DNA of 62,897 nt, filler included, from Circinaria calcarea (GCA_051942165.1; 25 parts of 25 records of this genome joined end to end with filler, not necessarily neighbours in it), one strand, 5' to 3'; shown: positions 11,331 through 22,755, numbered from the whole stretch's first letter. Notes: a model not told the origin generated them from the letters alone. Made by a program: numbers and translations.

Positions 11331-12208
11331 TAGATGCCTTAAAGCTACTTGGACTTGCCGCCGCATGAATAGAAAATGAGGCGGATCGACTTGATTATTG
11401 TCGACTTCTAATGGACTATAGGGAATTCGTTGCATTGCTGGACTGTCTTCAAAAGGCTTTAGCGAGGCGTTGGTGGTCAGATGAATACCGGGACAATTTC
11501 ATAAGCGCGCTGGACGAGACGACAGTGCGGGATATGGAAGTTTTTAGAGAAATCATATTGCATCTCTACAACCTAGTTGCTTGTTTAAAGTAATGCATAT
11601 CCAAAAATATTTACCTCACTCTGATGGGCACGCCCAATAATTCTTTCCCCGGATCCTTCAGGTCTGGGTCTAACGCGACTGGACACTCTTACTGGGGATC
11701 CAGATATTAACGTCTCTCAACCCCAGCGCAATCGCGGACCTCTTCGATAGAGGGAGACATCGGGGATCACCTATTATGGATCTATATCCTCAGGGAGCCC
11801 CACTCACAAGTTGCCAATTGTGGTGCTAGAGATCATGCCGGTTGACTGCAAGGTTGCCACTTGGTCTCGAGGGCCTTGGCAACGAGTCGAACTGCCTAAT
11901 GCGGCAACGGGCTCGACTTTATCTGTACGATCCTCGACGACGCATGAGAAACCCCAGACTATCGATAGCAAAATACAGTTGCGCGTCATTCGGTATTTTC
12001 GACCTGCTTCTTTTATACGGAGTACTGAGGGGTAGCTCAGATGCTAGGGACGATAGCATCATAACAATGGTTGATCAAGATGCGGTGTTGATATATTTTG
12101 GCGGCAAGGGCCAAGCCTATATTCTGTCTTGTTTCCCTTCAACTTGATCATTCGTGCAAGGATATACGCTCCATACTCCACATTTGCTTTGCTCCTCTTC
12201 GAAACAAA

Positions 12209-12550
12209 ATGCGTACTCTTACCTTGCTCCCCCTTCTATCTACACTACTCTCAATCACAGCAGCTGCTCCCCAATCACCTCAAACACCGGCCGCCGCCAG
12301 CACACTCTTCACCACATCATGTCCTGCTGCTTCATGGCCCCCCAAGAACGTCGGCACTCCCATCGCCGCCCAGATACCTGACCAGGAACTACAATCCATC
12401 ATGTCACAAATTGATCCCCGCCGGATAGAAAACATAATCAACAAGCTCGTTTCTTTTGGCACACGTCACACGCTTTCCTCCCAAACAGATCCTAGACGTG
12501 GTATTGGCGCCGCCAGAGACTGGATCGCAGCTGAGATGCGGTCGTTTGCG
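12209..12550 (+). CDS. Secreted M28-family zinc peptidase, N-terminal fragment
   Basis: Signal peptide MRTLTLLPLLSTLLSITAA; conserved KLVSFGTRHTLSSQTDPRRGIGAARDWI motif. Confidence 0.85.
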
Positions 12551-12667
12551 NNNNNNNNNNNNNNNNNNNNNNNNNNNNNNNNNNNNNNNNNNNNTTAATT
12601 AATTAANNNNNNNNNNNNNNNNNNNNNNNNNNNNNNNNNNNNNNNNNNNNATATATGCAGTCATTAC

Positions 12668-13025
12668 TGTAAGGGCGCTGCAATCCTTGGGGCCTATTGA
12701 GGAATATGATAGGTCCCGATTGGTAATAGCACGGTTACATAGGGTGTAGTTAAACTGTTGCCCTAGGCTTAATACTAAGGAGTAGTATTGAACTCGGTGT
12801 TATAAACATGCTGTTCTACAGAACGCCGAACAACCTGTTTATATAATCTTCGTGTTCCCCAGTGATCCCTCTGCTCCCTGGGATCCCTGGGAGCCACCGG
12901 GAGCATAACACGTGACGTGCTCCCACTGCTCCCTGCCAAGTCCTGGGAGCACCTGGGAGCCCCCGGCTCCCGGGTTCCCCCGTTCCCGCACTTGGCTTGC
13001 CAGGGTATGGCGTCGCGCCATAACA
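12668..13025 (-). mobile_element. Solo LTR of an LTR retrotransposon (358 bp)
   Basis: TGT...ACA termini flanked by a perfect 5-bp TSD, ATTAC (12663-12667 and 13026-13030). Clear similarity to 58155-58475. TATA-like ATTATATAAA on the minus strand. Confidence 0.88.
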
Positions 13026-13884
13026 ATTACCACCCTCTTTTCAACGTCAAGTCATAGAATAGAAAATGGTAGAAATAATCAATTAATTATATATTTGACT
13101 CCATATACACAGACCAAAGACGTGAACACGCCTAAAATCAGTAACAAAATATTCAGAAACCGCAGACTTCGAGATACGATTAATAACACACCGATGAATA
13201 TTACGAATTCAACGCTTACGCGCATTCTTTTCGACGGCAATCCAGAAATGGACTAGAAAAAAGCCTGAAGAGGCCTATAACGGATCCTGGGTGCATAACC
13301 GTGGGCGCGCGAGGAGTATAAATATTTAACGATATACAACATTAAGAATAGAGCAAGCTCACGAAGGTGTTTATGGCACAAACGGCGCCGCAAAATCACA
13401 GAAAAACGTGGCATATCCTAATAAATTGATTATAGGGGAAAAGCGTGCATTTCTATAGAAGGAAGAATTTAAAGTTTAATATAGCTCAATTAGGCTTAAT
13501 GCTCGGGATATTTGTTATTCCGAACCTACATTTATGTAAGAATAACATAACAGAATTTGCTAAATGCCCTAAGTAAGCTAGCGTACCTAAGCACAGGGAG
13601 CGGCAGAAGTTCCGAGGTATTACCGACGTATGAGATTTAGAGCAAATAATCCAGTAAATAATCAATCAATCAGCCCTCCGCATATGTCTTCAAGATATGT
13701 ACAGCTAATTCCGAGAGATGCAAAGGGTATTGCACTATTACCATAGTAATTGTTTCAATGTATACAGACTATTGTCTCGTATTCGATAACACCTCGGAAC
13801 CCCCGTGACTTCTGCCGCCCCCTGTGAAGCGCTTGGCACTGAGTCTGGAACCAGCCACCGAAAACAGGAAGCGAAACCAAAGAG

Positions 13885-13978
13885 TAGCACTATTGGGATT
13901 TGAACCCAATTCCGGTGATATTCCCTCTATGCCTTGATTGCGCTCCCATGCGCTTTCAGCCACCTCAGAATAACAGCA
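13885..13978 (-). ncRNA. tRNA-like / Pol III B-box element (tRNA pseudogene or SINE head), copy 1
   Basis: The minus strand has a T-arm-like TTGGG-TTCAAAT-CCCAA and a D-loop-like TGGCTGAAAGCGC. It shares an approximately 45-nt core with 38530-38620. I could not fold a clean cloverleaf by eye. Confidence 0.45.
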
Positions 13979-14217
13979 GGGCAATGCGAATATCATTCGC
14001 TTCTTTTTGCCATTTCCGCAAAGCCGGTTTTCACCCATGCTTTCCTAGGTAGCATCGCCGCAATAGCTCAGAAATACGAGGGACACGATGGTAGTTTAGA
14101 CCTGTGGTCCCCCAAATCTGTAGGTTCTATATAAGTTCTCTTGACTCTGTTCATATACCCCTAAGCATCCTAATCCATAGCATCCATTTACTCCCATCTA
14201 CATTTCTCGCCACCAAG

Positions 14218-14799
14218 ATGCGTTTGGCAATACTCTTGGCTACCTTTGCCGGCCTTTCTTACTCCGCGCCTACATGTACTACTACCTGCCCCACCGTGCC
14301 TGTCATTCAGGACGGTGGCTTCGAGTCCGGCCTGACACCTTCTGCCGGGGCAACCTTCTGGAGCGTGAGCTACTTCGTTGGCTCTGCAACCTACGCCATC
14401 ACGAATCCCGGCAGCACAAACAATGGCCTCTATCATGCCTTCACCGCTATCCTCTACCCTGGCCCATATTCCTACGGCAACAGCAGCGATACCCTACTCC
14501 AGACAATGCATACCTGCCCCGGCCAGAACTACTCGGTCACCGTCGACTACATGTTCAACTCCACCGCATCCAACAACTGCGCCCTCGCCGTCCGATATCC
14601 GTACAAAACGACCACGGGGAGTGTCATTACGGGTAGTGGTCTTAATGTAGCCGGAGAATGGCGTACTACAGCATCGACCTTCCAAGCCGTGTCGTCGGCG
14701 GATCAATTCTCGATTGCATTCAGCTGTAGGAATGGAGCCAGTAACCGAATCAGCGTGGACAACATCAAGATTTTACCTTTCAACGGTAACGCTTTCTGA
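14218..14799 (+). CDS. Secreted protein with a CBM4/9-like (galactose-binding-like beta-sandwich) domain
   Basis: Signal peptide MRLAILLATFAGLSYSA. The domain opens with VIQDGGFESG and closes with ISVDNIKI. Intronless, 193 aa, no catalytic domain. Confidence 0.7.
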   Translation: MRLAILLATFAGLSYSAPTCTTTCPTVPVIQDGGFESGLTPSAGATFWSVSYFVGSATYAITNPGSTNNGLYHAFTAILYPGPYSYGNSSDTLLQTMHTCPGQNYSVTVDYMFNSTASNNCALAVRYPYKTTTGSVITGSGLNVAGEWRTTASTFQAVSSADQFSIAFSCRNGASNRISVDNIKILPFNGNAF

Positions 14800-15178
14800 T
14801 CCGAATCTGATCGCACACAAGCTCTAGGAGTGGTGTGGGAAATGGGGGTTACTTTACCGAGAATTATGGAGAGGTCCAAGAAAACGTGTTCGGTATTCTT
14901 TCTAGAAATTTCGGAACCAAGTATAAACAGTCGGACGAGAAATTTTCCCATATCAAGGATCCTGATCATTACATAGTCTATCCATTGCCTGGAAAAAGAA
15001 AAAAACCGGCGAATATTTCCCATAAAACTACCCTTGCTCCTCTCTTTGTTTATAAATTGTATAAATCCCCTTTACTTCNNNNNNNNNNNNNNNNNNNNNN
15101 NNNNNNNNNNNNNNNNNNNNNNTTAATTAATTAANNNNNNNNNNNNNNNNNNNNNNNNNNNNNNNNNNNNNNNNNNNN

Positions 15179-15564
15179 GGACTTTGACGATGAGATGGAG
15201 AAGGTGAAAGCGGATGCGGAGAAAGCGGGGCAAGTGGTGAGGTTTGTGGGGAGCGTGGATGTGGATAAAGGGGATGTGGAGGTGGGATTGAAGATGGTGG
15301 CCATGGATCATCCGATTGCGGGGTTGAGGGGAAGTGATAACATTATTAATTTCTATACGGAGCGGTATGGCGATAGGCCGTTGACGATCCAGGGACCGGG
15401 GTACGTAACCAATTTTTTAAATTCAGCTTGGGCTATGCTGTCTAGCTAAAGGTCAAGTGACCGATGTAAGAATCTGTACTAATTGGTATCACAGCGCCGG
15501 CGGAGAAGTCACCGCCATGGGCGTCTCAAGCGACCTGGTAAAAGTCATCCAGCGGCTACAATGA
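15179..15564 (+). CDS. HOM6: Homoserine dehydrogenase, C-terminal fragment
   Basis: VVRFVGSVDV...HPIAGLRGSDNIINFYTERYGDRPLTIQGPG, intron 15401-15494, then AGGEVTAMGVSSDLVKVIQRLQ*. Confidence 0.93.
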
Positions 15565-16157
15565 GCCATTGCAATGGCCTACCTCCAATCCTCATTGAAA
15601 AGTACACTGGCAAAGTTTCGTTCCGCAACGGCCCAGACAAATACTCTTCCCACATCCATCCACGATTCCGCTCCCCCCCAAAGCACACCTCTCCATTCTC
15701 CCAAATCCTCAACTTACCCCTTCTCTCCTTCCCTTTTTTATTTTTGCATACTTCCATTCATCCAGCCCCCCGCCAAAACCCAAGTACACCCAAGCATCCA
15801 TCCATCAACGCCAAGCCTCCATGGAAATCGTTCCCGTCATCCCAGGCCCCCGCCGAAACCCAAATCCCAATCCCAAGTACATCTCTACTATAAAACCTCC
15901 CCTCCCGAACCCGGGCTCTATCCCTAAACCCAAACACCCCTCCCGAACCTCGATACGGCGGTATTTTAGCTAATTCACCTATCCACTTTCACTTATTCCC
16001 GGTCAAGAGAAATACACCAAACGTCTTCGTGAAAACCCCCCTTCGCCCACTCAGACGGGGGGGGCTACAAGTATTCCAAAGCCCCAGTATTTTTTTTGGA
16101 TCTCGAATTTTGAAATTGTGGAATTTTTTATGCTTCGGATCCGTATGTAGAAAGACG

Positions 16158-16286
16158 CACTGTTGCAAAGACCTATTGTCGTAGAGGTCACTGTCGCAGA
16201 GGTCACATATCGCAAGTAACACAGTGATATTACGACGCAGCGGCATTTGCAATTGCGACAGCGACCTGCTAGAAACCGCAATAGTG
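16158..16286. mobile_element. Candidate CACTA-like MITE / foldback element (129 bp)
   Basis: Termini CACTGTTGC ... GCAATAGTG (8/9 inverted match). Internal inverted pair AGGTCACTGTCGCA (16185-16198) / TGCGACAGCGACCT (16254-16267), 13/14 match. Tandem GTCGYAGAGGTCAC repeats. No TSD seen. Confidence 0.35.
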
Positions 16287-17395
16287 AACCTGGCCTAAAA
16301 TACATTAACCTTGTGGCGATGAAAACTATACTTAGGCTGGGGTGCTTCAGGTCAGTAACTTCCTGAAAATACAGAGTACAGACAACACGGGCTAGAATCC
16401 TTCATTATGGTAATGCACGTATTATACAGGGCTATACAAAACCTGTTTTCTCAACGGCGCTTTAGCGTAACACTTTTCCCGAGTTTTTGCCACGACACCG
16501 CATGGAGAAAAGAATAGCGGTCTCAGTCTCGTGAAAGATAATGCGCTTAAGCAAGAACTATCAGCTGTATCAGAATTGTATTTCTGCCACTAAGTGTACC
16601 ATACCCTATCAGGAACAAAAGCGGCGTTGTTGTACAAGGGGCCCCATGAATGCCACGAAGGATTCTAGCCGGTTGCTGTCCATGCTCTGTAGGGTTTATG
16701 TTAGAGGTGCCCCTCGAGGCGTTGTGGGGGTTTAAAATCGCAGCTCGGGGTATGAAACTGGCATTTCAACCTGTGGGGGTATACAATTGCATATTTCTAA
16801 TAACAGTTAGAACAGGTACTCCCGTAATATAAACTCCGAAACGGCGAAACGCGCAAGCGCACAAGCGCGAAACTTCAATCCCGAAAAAAAGGTTCGGGAA
16901 AGGTGCAGAGAGAGCGTGTATCAGCCTACCCTTCCCCTCCCCCTCCTTCCTGCGCATTTTGTTTCTACGGCAAGATGCGGAAAGCGGAGTGCGATTTTGC
17001 GTGTGTCAGATTCCACGTCAGGGTACGGGTAAGAGAATTAGACACTAGGTAGAATCTCGAAACCCTCGAAACGGAAGATACGTCGTGGCCTTATTTATTC
17101 TACCAGTGATTGTGGAACGGTTGAGGGGAAATTCTTCCCTTTTCCCCTTTCCCTATTTCCTCTTTTCCCGGATTATTGAAAGAAGATCTCTTTGATTCTC
17201 CCTTTTTCTCTTCTTCGATTTTGCAAGTTCGTTACCTAAAAAAACCCCCCAATCCATCCAAGAAGGAATCTCCCATTCCCATTACTTCTATTACCACAAA
17301 GGCAAAAACAAAAAACAAAATTCTCTCGGGGTCGCCTTGTTTTGTTTCCTTACCGAAGCTTTGGGAAAAAGAAGTTTCTCTCGACTATCCAAATA

Positions 17396-17606
17396 ATGCG
17401 GTCCCTCCTCCCATTCCTCCTCTTCACTGCTCTCGCTCTCGCCTTCCCCTTCCCCTCCTCCTTCTCCTCCTCCCCGACTTCCTCCTCCATCTCCGCTCCC
17501 GTGCCGAGAGCCAGAACTAGAAGAAGGGCCAATGCATGCGCGCCCCCGCCGAAGCAGAACCCCCTGAAGCAGAGCCCGCCGAAGAACCCCCCGCCGAAGA
17601 CTCCCC
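17396..17606 (+). CDS. Secreted pre-pro-protein, N-terminal fragment, unknown function
   Basis: MRSLLPFLLFTALALAFP signal peptide, Ser-rich pro-region, basic RARTRRR site, then P/K-rich repeats (PPPKQNPLKQSPPKNPPPKTP). Confidence 0.6.
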
Positions 17607-17706
17607 NNNNNNNNNNNNNNNNNNNNNNNNNNNNNNNNNNNNNNNNNNNNTTAATTAATTAANNNNNNNNNNNNNNNNNNNNNNNNNNNNNNNNNNNNNN
17701 NNNNNN

Positions 17707-18255
17707 GACGACTCCCATCAGATATTACTCGACTCCCTTGATCTCGCCCTGAAGCAACGCCCGTTTCGCAATCCACATTGGAAGCCTTCTCAGCGCCGCA
17801 ATAAGAATATCAAACAAATCATTTCCGAAGCCTCCCGGAGAGAAGCGTCTATGCAGGCAACACAAGATAACAGTGGAACGTCGACACCTCACGTCCAAAG
17901 ATCTTCAGTTGGTACCGGCGCGACTACACCCCTGCCAACAAATGGAATGTCGGCTCAGTCGAATGTCACGCAGGCAGCGCAGAACCTCTCGACGATGGTG
18001 CTGGAGAGGAACTTTCAAGCTTCCTTGTCCTCGGGGCCCGTGGCTACGTACACCAACATAGAGTCTGCCCCCTCTCTACATCCCGCGCATCAGAGGCCAT
18101 ATTGCGACATCACCGGCCTTCCCTCGTCATATACGGACCCAAAGACGAGGCTACGTTACTTCAATAAGGAGGTGTTCGAGGTCGTCAGGTCATTACCTCA
18201 GGGCGTTGCGGAGAAATATCTAGAAGCTCGTGGGGCACATGTGGTTCTGAAGTGA
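17707..18255 (+). CDS. IES6: INO80 complex subunit Ies6 (YL1_C domain), 5'-truncated
   Basis: RPFRNPHWKPSQRRNKNIKQII...TYTNIESAPSL...YCDITGLPSSYTDPKTRLRYFNKEVF...YLEARGAHVVLK*. Confidence 0.93.
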   Translation, partial: DDSHQILLDSLDLALKQRPFRNPHWKPSQRRNKNIKQIISEASRREASMQATQDNSGTSTPHVQRSSVGTGATTPLPTNGMSAQSNVTQAAQNLSTMVLERNFQASLSSGPVATYTNIESAPSLHPAHQRPYCDITGLPSSYTDPKTRLRYFNKEVFEVVRSLPQGVAEKYLEARGAHVVLK

Positions 18256-19323
18256 TTGGACTCGAGGCTTCAAGATGTGAAAGTGTTATTGGATTGGGAT
18301 TTTATACCCCTTTGCAGAGCGCAATAATGGTCCAAGATCATAGTTCTGTCTACGCTGAAGTCAGAATGTGCCCATTTCTTCAGGTACAATCTTTTGTGCT
18401 AGCTGAAAATAAAGTTACTAACACTAAACGGCCAACGAAGATTACCGTTACGTGGTCCCTTTTACGCTATACTGGAAGTCTTTTTTTGGCAACATGGAGA
18501 AAGTCTACGTCACACGAGGCGGGTACGAATGGCATAAGCAGTATTATTGGAGATATTCCGCCTCAACTCCCATTCAGCCATAGGGGGCATGCGCCACACG
18601 CTCCCAACTGCCTCTCCTCCCACTGATCAGACGACATGCTATCGGGTTCAAGAGCCCCGTCATGTTCGGCTATCCAAGTCAAATCCCTTCTATCCTCCAG
18701 GTCCCTTTCGAGAAATGGTTCAGGAAGGCACTCCGGCTTAATCGCAGCCGTTACTCGTCTTCGCCCAGTTTGGCAGCGTACCGATCAGCCCATGGAGGTG
18801 GATTGGACATCAGTTACAGAATCAAGTCGATTGCTGTTGCCACGGCGTAAAGCTAGCACTTTGAATTAAAGAGAAACGTATCATAACCTTCTTTCTCGAA
18901 TCGTGGTGCAGAGTGAAGGGTCCATCTGGAGTAGTAGGCCGGGAATTCAATCTAGCCCTCAGCTGTATTAAAGATCGAGCTAGCATCAGCCATCCAGACA
19001 GCTCGATATTCGTAACATCAGTGTGAAGAGAACGGTCTGTCTATGCTGTGATCGGTTTGAGCCGTTAGCAGTACGAAGGCAATAGTGAAATGATGTTGAG
19101 AGGATAGTTGGATCGTCGGCGAATCAAATGACGGCGTTGTTTTCTCCGGAAGAGTCGAGTTCCGCCACTACGGCAGGTCCCCGCACTAGCCAAGCCACTC
19201 CGTCCTCCTTATAGAGTACCGCCGTTTCTTTCCTTTGTGCTTTTTTGCATTAGAAGCTCAACGTCGAGAATTCAAGAGTCACTCGTTTCTCTTTGGACGA
19301 CCAGACTGGCTACTCTCGCAGCC

Positions 19324-20132
19324 ATGTAAGGACAGTCAAATGTCTCCGGCCACAGAACTACGATACTAATCCCAATCAACCAGGAATTCCACCTCTCATT
19401 TTCTCTACGTCGCACCGGATTCCTACTGGGGCCAATTCGACGAGATTTCCAAGTACAACGTCCATCTCAACGTCCTTGAGCGTCTCTGGGCGGCGTGGTA
19501 TGCCTTTATGCAGAATGATGTACTCGCCACTGGAATCATGTCATTCGTAATGCACGAGGTCGTATACTTTGGCCGGTCCTTGCCTTGGCTCCTCATCGAC
19601 AAGATACCTTACTTTAACAAGTACAAGATCCAGAACGTACGATCGATGCATCTCCAGTGTCTGGCTGTTTGAATGGGGGTTCTGATGTACTTGCAGCAAA
19701 AAATACCGACGGCCCAAGAACAATGGAATTGCGCTAAGCTCGTCCTTCTGTCGCACTTCACCGTGGAGTTACCCCAGATTTGGTCAGCTTCGAGATGACT
19801 ACCGAGTTCGGATGAAGCTAATGCTGATCAGGCTCTTCCATCCCATGGCCCAATACTTTGGTCTCGCTACAGGTGTCCCCTTCCCTTCTTTTCTCACCAT
19901 GGCCTACCAAATCGGGGTGTTCTTTGTGCTGGAGGATACATGGCATTATTGGTCACACCGCGCACTCCACTGGGGACCATTATACAAAAATATCCACAAG
20001 ATCCACCACCAGTACTCTGCACCGTTTGGTCTTGCCGCGGAATACGCCTCACCCATCGAAGTTCTGATCTTGGGGCTGGGTTCTGTCAGTTCTCCAATTC
20101 TCTGGTGCGCCATTACCGGGAATCTGCACATC
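19324..20132 (+). CDS. ERG25: C-4 methylsterol oxidase, 3'-truncated
   Basis: Introns 19326-19383, 19637-19696 and 19783-19831. [27 protein letters not shown]; His boxes HYWSH and [19 protein letters not shown]. Confidence 0.96.
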
Positions 20133-20904
20133 NNNNNNNNNNNNNNNNNNNNNNNNNNNNNNNNNNNNNNNNNNNNTTAATTAATTAANNNNNNNNNNNN
20201 NNNNNNNNNNNNNNNNNNNNNNNNNNNNNNNNCCTCCAATCTCACAACCCATCCCCATTAACCACCTCCACCACCACCACCTCTTCCACACCACCTCCCA
20301 CCAACAAAATCAATAGCATATATATCTATTACGGCATCTTGCGTAAATCATTCCAAATTACCTAGCTACCGCAGCCGCAAGGGAAAAAAAACCTTCTTCG
20401 GGGGCTGTGCACTGGTGGAGCAAATAAACATAAAACCTCGGTCTAAATTAACTAACGGCCGTGAACTCGGTTAGGAACCGATGTTTTTCTCTAACAAACA
20501 TACTCGGAATCATGTGTTCTCTTGGTATGGGGGTTCCTTGGTAGGTAGGGAAGTTACAAGTTTAAAGCGCTTTCAGGGGGGCGGATTGGGCCCATTAAGT
20601 AGGCTGCAATGACACATCATGGCGGCCGACAAATTTATAAGCCTGCCTTTCTCCAAGTAGATTGCCTTCAACTGCAAGGACTTCAACATGGGCCAGTGTG
20701 AGCCTTCCCCTAGTTGGGCGTTTAGATGAATGTAACGCTTGACAGCTGGTCGACCAGGTTGTAGTGGTTCAGCTTCAAACGTTTGGGGCAACGTGGGTCT
20801 CATGCAGCATCCAAGCTTTAGATGACGGAGGCTCCTCGTAGATTGAAGTAGTCGGAGATTGTCGGTTGCAACCCTGTATCGTGCTGCGGTAGTTGAAGAG
20901 ATTT

Positions 20905-21631
20905 CTATTGCGGGTTAGGGTTGAGAGGAAGCGATAAGCGACTATGCAATATCGCTTGCGGTGGAGGTGGATCAACCAGCCACACGCATAATCCCCCTGA
21001 ACAATAGAGGTAGAGATCATCAACACCAATCCCGGCTTTTTTGGTAGCGAGAAACAGGTGGTGAAGTGGGCTCAGACCCCGAGCCAACGGTCTATCTTCT
21101 AGGGCTATTGGGGGTGCACCGGAGCAACGATATAGGCCTGTATAACGGTAGGATGCATTAGCCCTTCTCGGGTTGTGCAGGTCTGGGAGATGCCTGGTAA
21201 GCACTCGAGCCTCTCCATTTGTCATGACTATCGGCCTTTCGTCTTTACACAGATTCTGGTAATGTGATCAGCTAGCATTAAAATCCAAATTCAGTCTTCG
21301 CCTCGCTCCGCAGTTGTCCTTCATACAACCATTGCGCGTAAGTATCATATGCATTGCCATATCTTGAGAGATCGTATGACAGATGCTTCGGATACAGGCT
21401 CAAGATGGGATGACCGGCGACATGGGCGAACACTCCTAGTTACCGTTTCCTTGGCGCGAAACTCAGGGTATAGAATAGGGACTCCGATGCCATGGGCTCG
21501 AACTTCCGGCATTTGATCTGGAGGGCCTTTAGGTGTGTCTTGGGTAGGCATCGAAAGATGTGGATAAGGATCTCCGTGGGCAGAGTGGATAGGCGCTGAC
21601 CGAAGTCATCCATGTCCTGTGTCTGGTCCAT
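20905..21631 (-). pseudogene. F-box protein pseudogene
   Basis: F-box LSTLPTEILIHIFRCLPKTHLKALQIKCRKF, in-frame TAA at 21440-21442, then a plausible continuation (LGVFAHVAGHPILSLYPKHLSYD) with further stops and frameshifts. The 3' boundary is approximate. Confidence 0.7.
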
Positions 21632-22755
21632 TGTTTCATCGCTTTGAGCTGCTCTTGGGGTGATCTGAGAACGTGAAATAAGCTTAAAAGCTTACTGGTG
21701 AATACCAAAGGGAACCAAGGATGATCGATATGGGCTGCGTGATGACACTTTACTGCCGGCATAATCACAAAGGCTGCAAGGATAGAAACAGGCTGAGTGA
21801 GTCGGTTCTGGAACGACTTCTGATTGATTAGATAGACGTATGGCTTCACACGCTGGATCCTTGCCGTCATGGGTTTACAGGATGAGCAAGGCGGCAGAAG
21901 GGACAGGTATGCAACGTTAGCTTACCAGTTGCCCAAGTATAACGAAATGAGAGGAAATTGCATGAGCCAAACCTGTAGGCCGAATGGTCATCTGAACTTC
22001 TCGGCTGATAGAGGTTTACTTGCTGTTCTTCCCTACTGTGTACTAGGGTAGCATTAATTTCGAAATTCCTAAGTGAGTTTCAGAATTAATTCAATTAGCG
22101 GAAATTAAAATGAAAGGAGTTTATAATTATGTTGCCAAGGCTGCCTTAGTCGGATTGCCTCCGAAGCCGGAGACCAGCCTTCTAAAGCTCAGCATAATAA
22201 TAAGCTCAGCCATACATATATAGAGGTTATACCTACTTATGCATACTATTATGTTTTATGTGTAGCTGGGAAAGATATAACTGGGGAAATTGTCTGAAAT
22301 ATTTCATCCCATTGGGTTAGATTAGGTTTCTGAAATAATTCAAATCGCTACCCTACCTCATACTGGCGCCCGACCTTGTATATTCTGCACAAGCTCCAGG
22401 GACTCGGAGCCACACTAACGTCAGGCCCCGCCTGCGGTTGGCATATCCTCGATCCTTGGGAGATCATGCAAGGGGATAGATAAGTTGACCATCCCCAATT
22501 CTCAACTCTTCCGTTCCCCTGGTACCTGGTTCCTTTCCCATGTAACCATCATGCATATTCTGGTGGGTTGGATGGCATGACCCATCTGCCACTTGTACAC
22601 TGTCCAGCTAATACCAAGGGCCAGGTAGTCAATGACGACGGACCCCCATCAAACCNNNNNNNNNNNNNNNNNNNNNNNNNNNNNNNNNNNNNNNNNNNNT
22701 TAATTAATTAANNNNNNNNNNNNNNNNNNNNNNNNNNNNNNNNNNNNNNNNNNNN

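Noticed and set aside
13885..13978. Possible selenocysteine or otherwise functional tRNA
   Set aside because: I could not build a convincing acceptor stem or an anticodon arm with UCA or any other clear anticodon, so it is kept only as tRNA-like.
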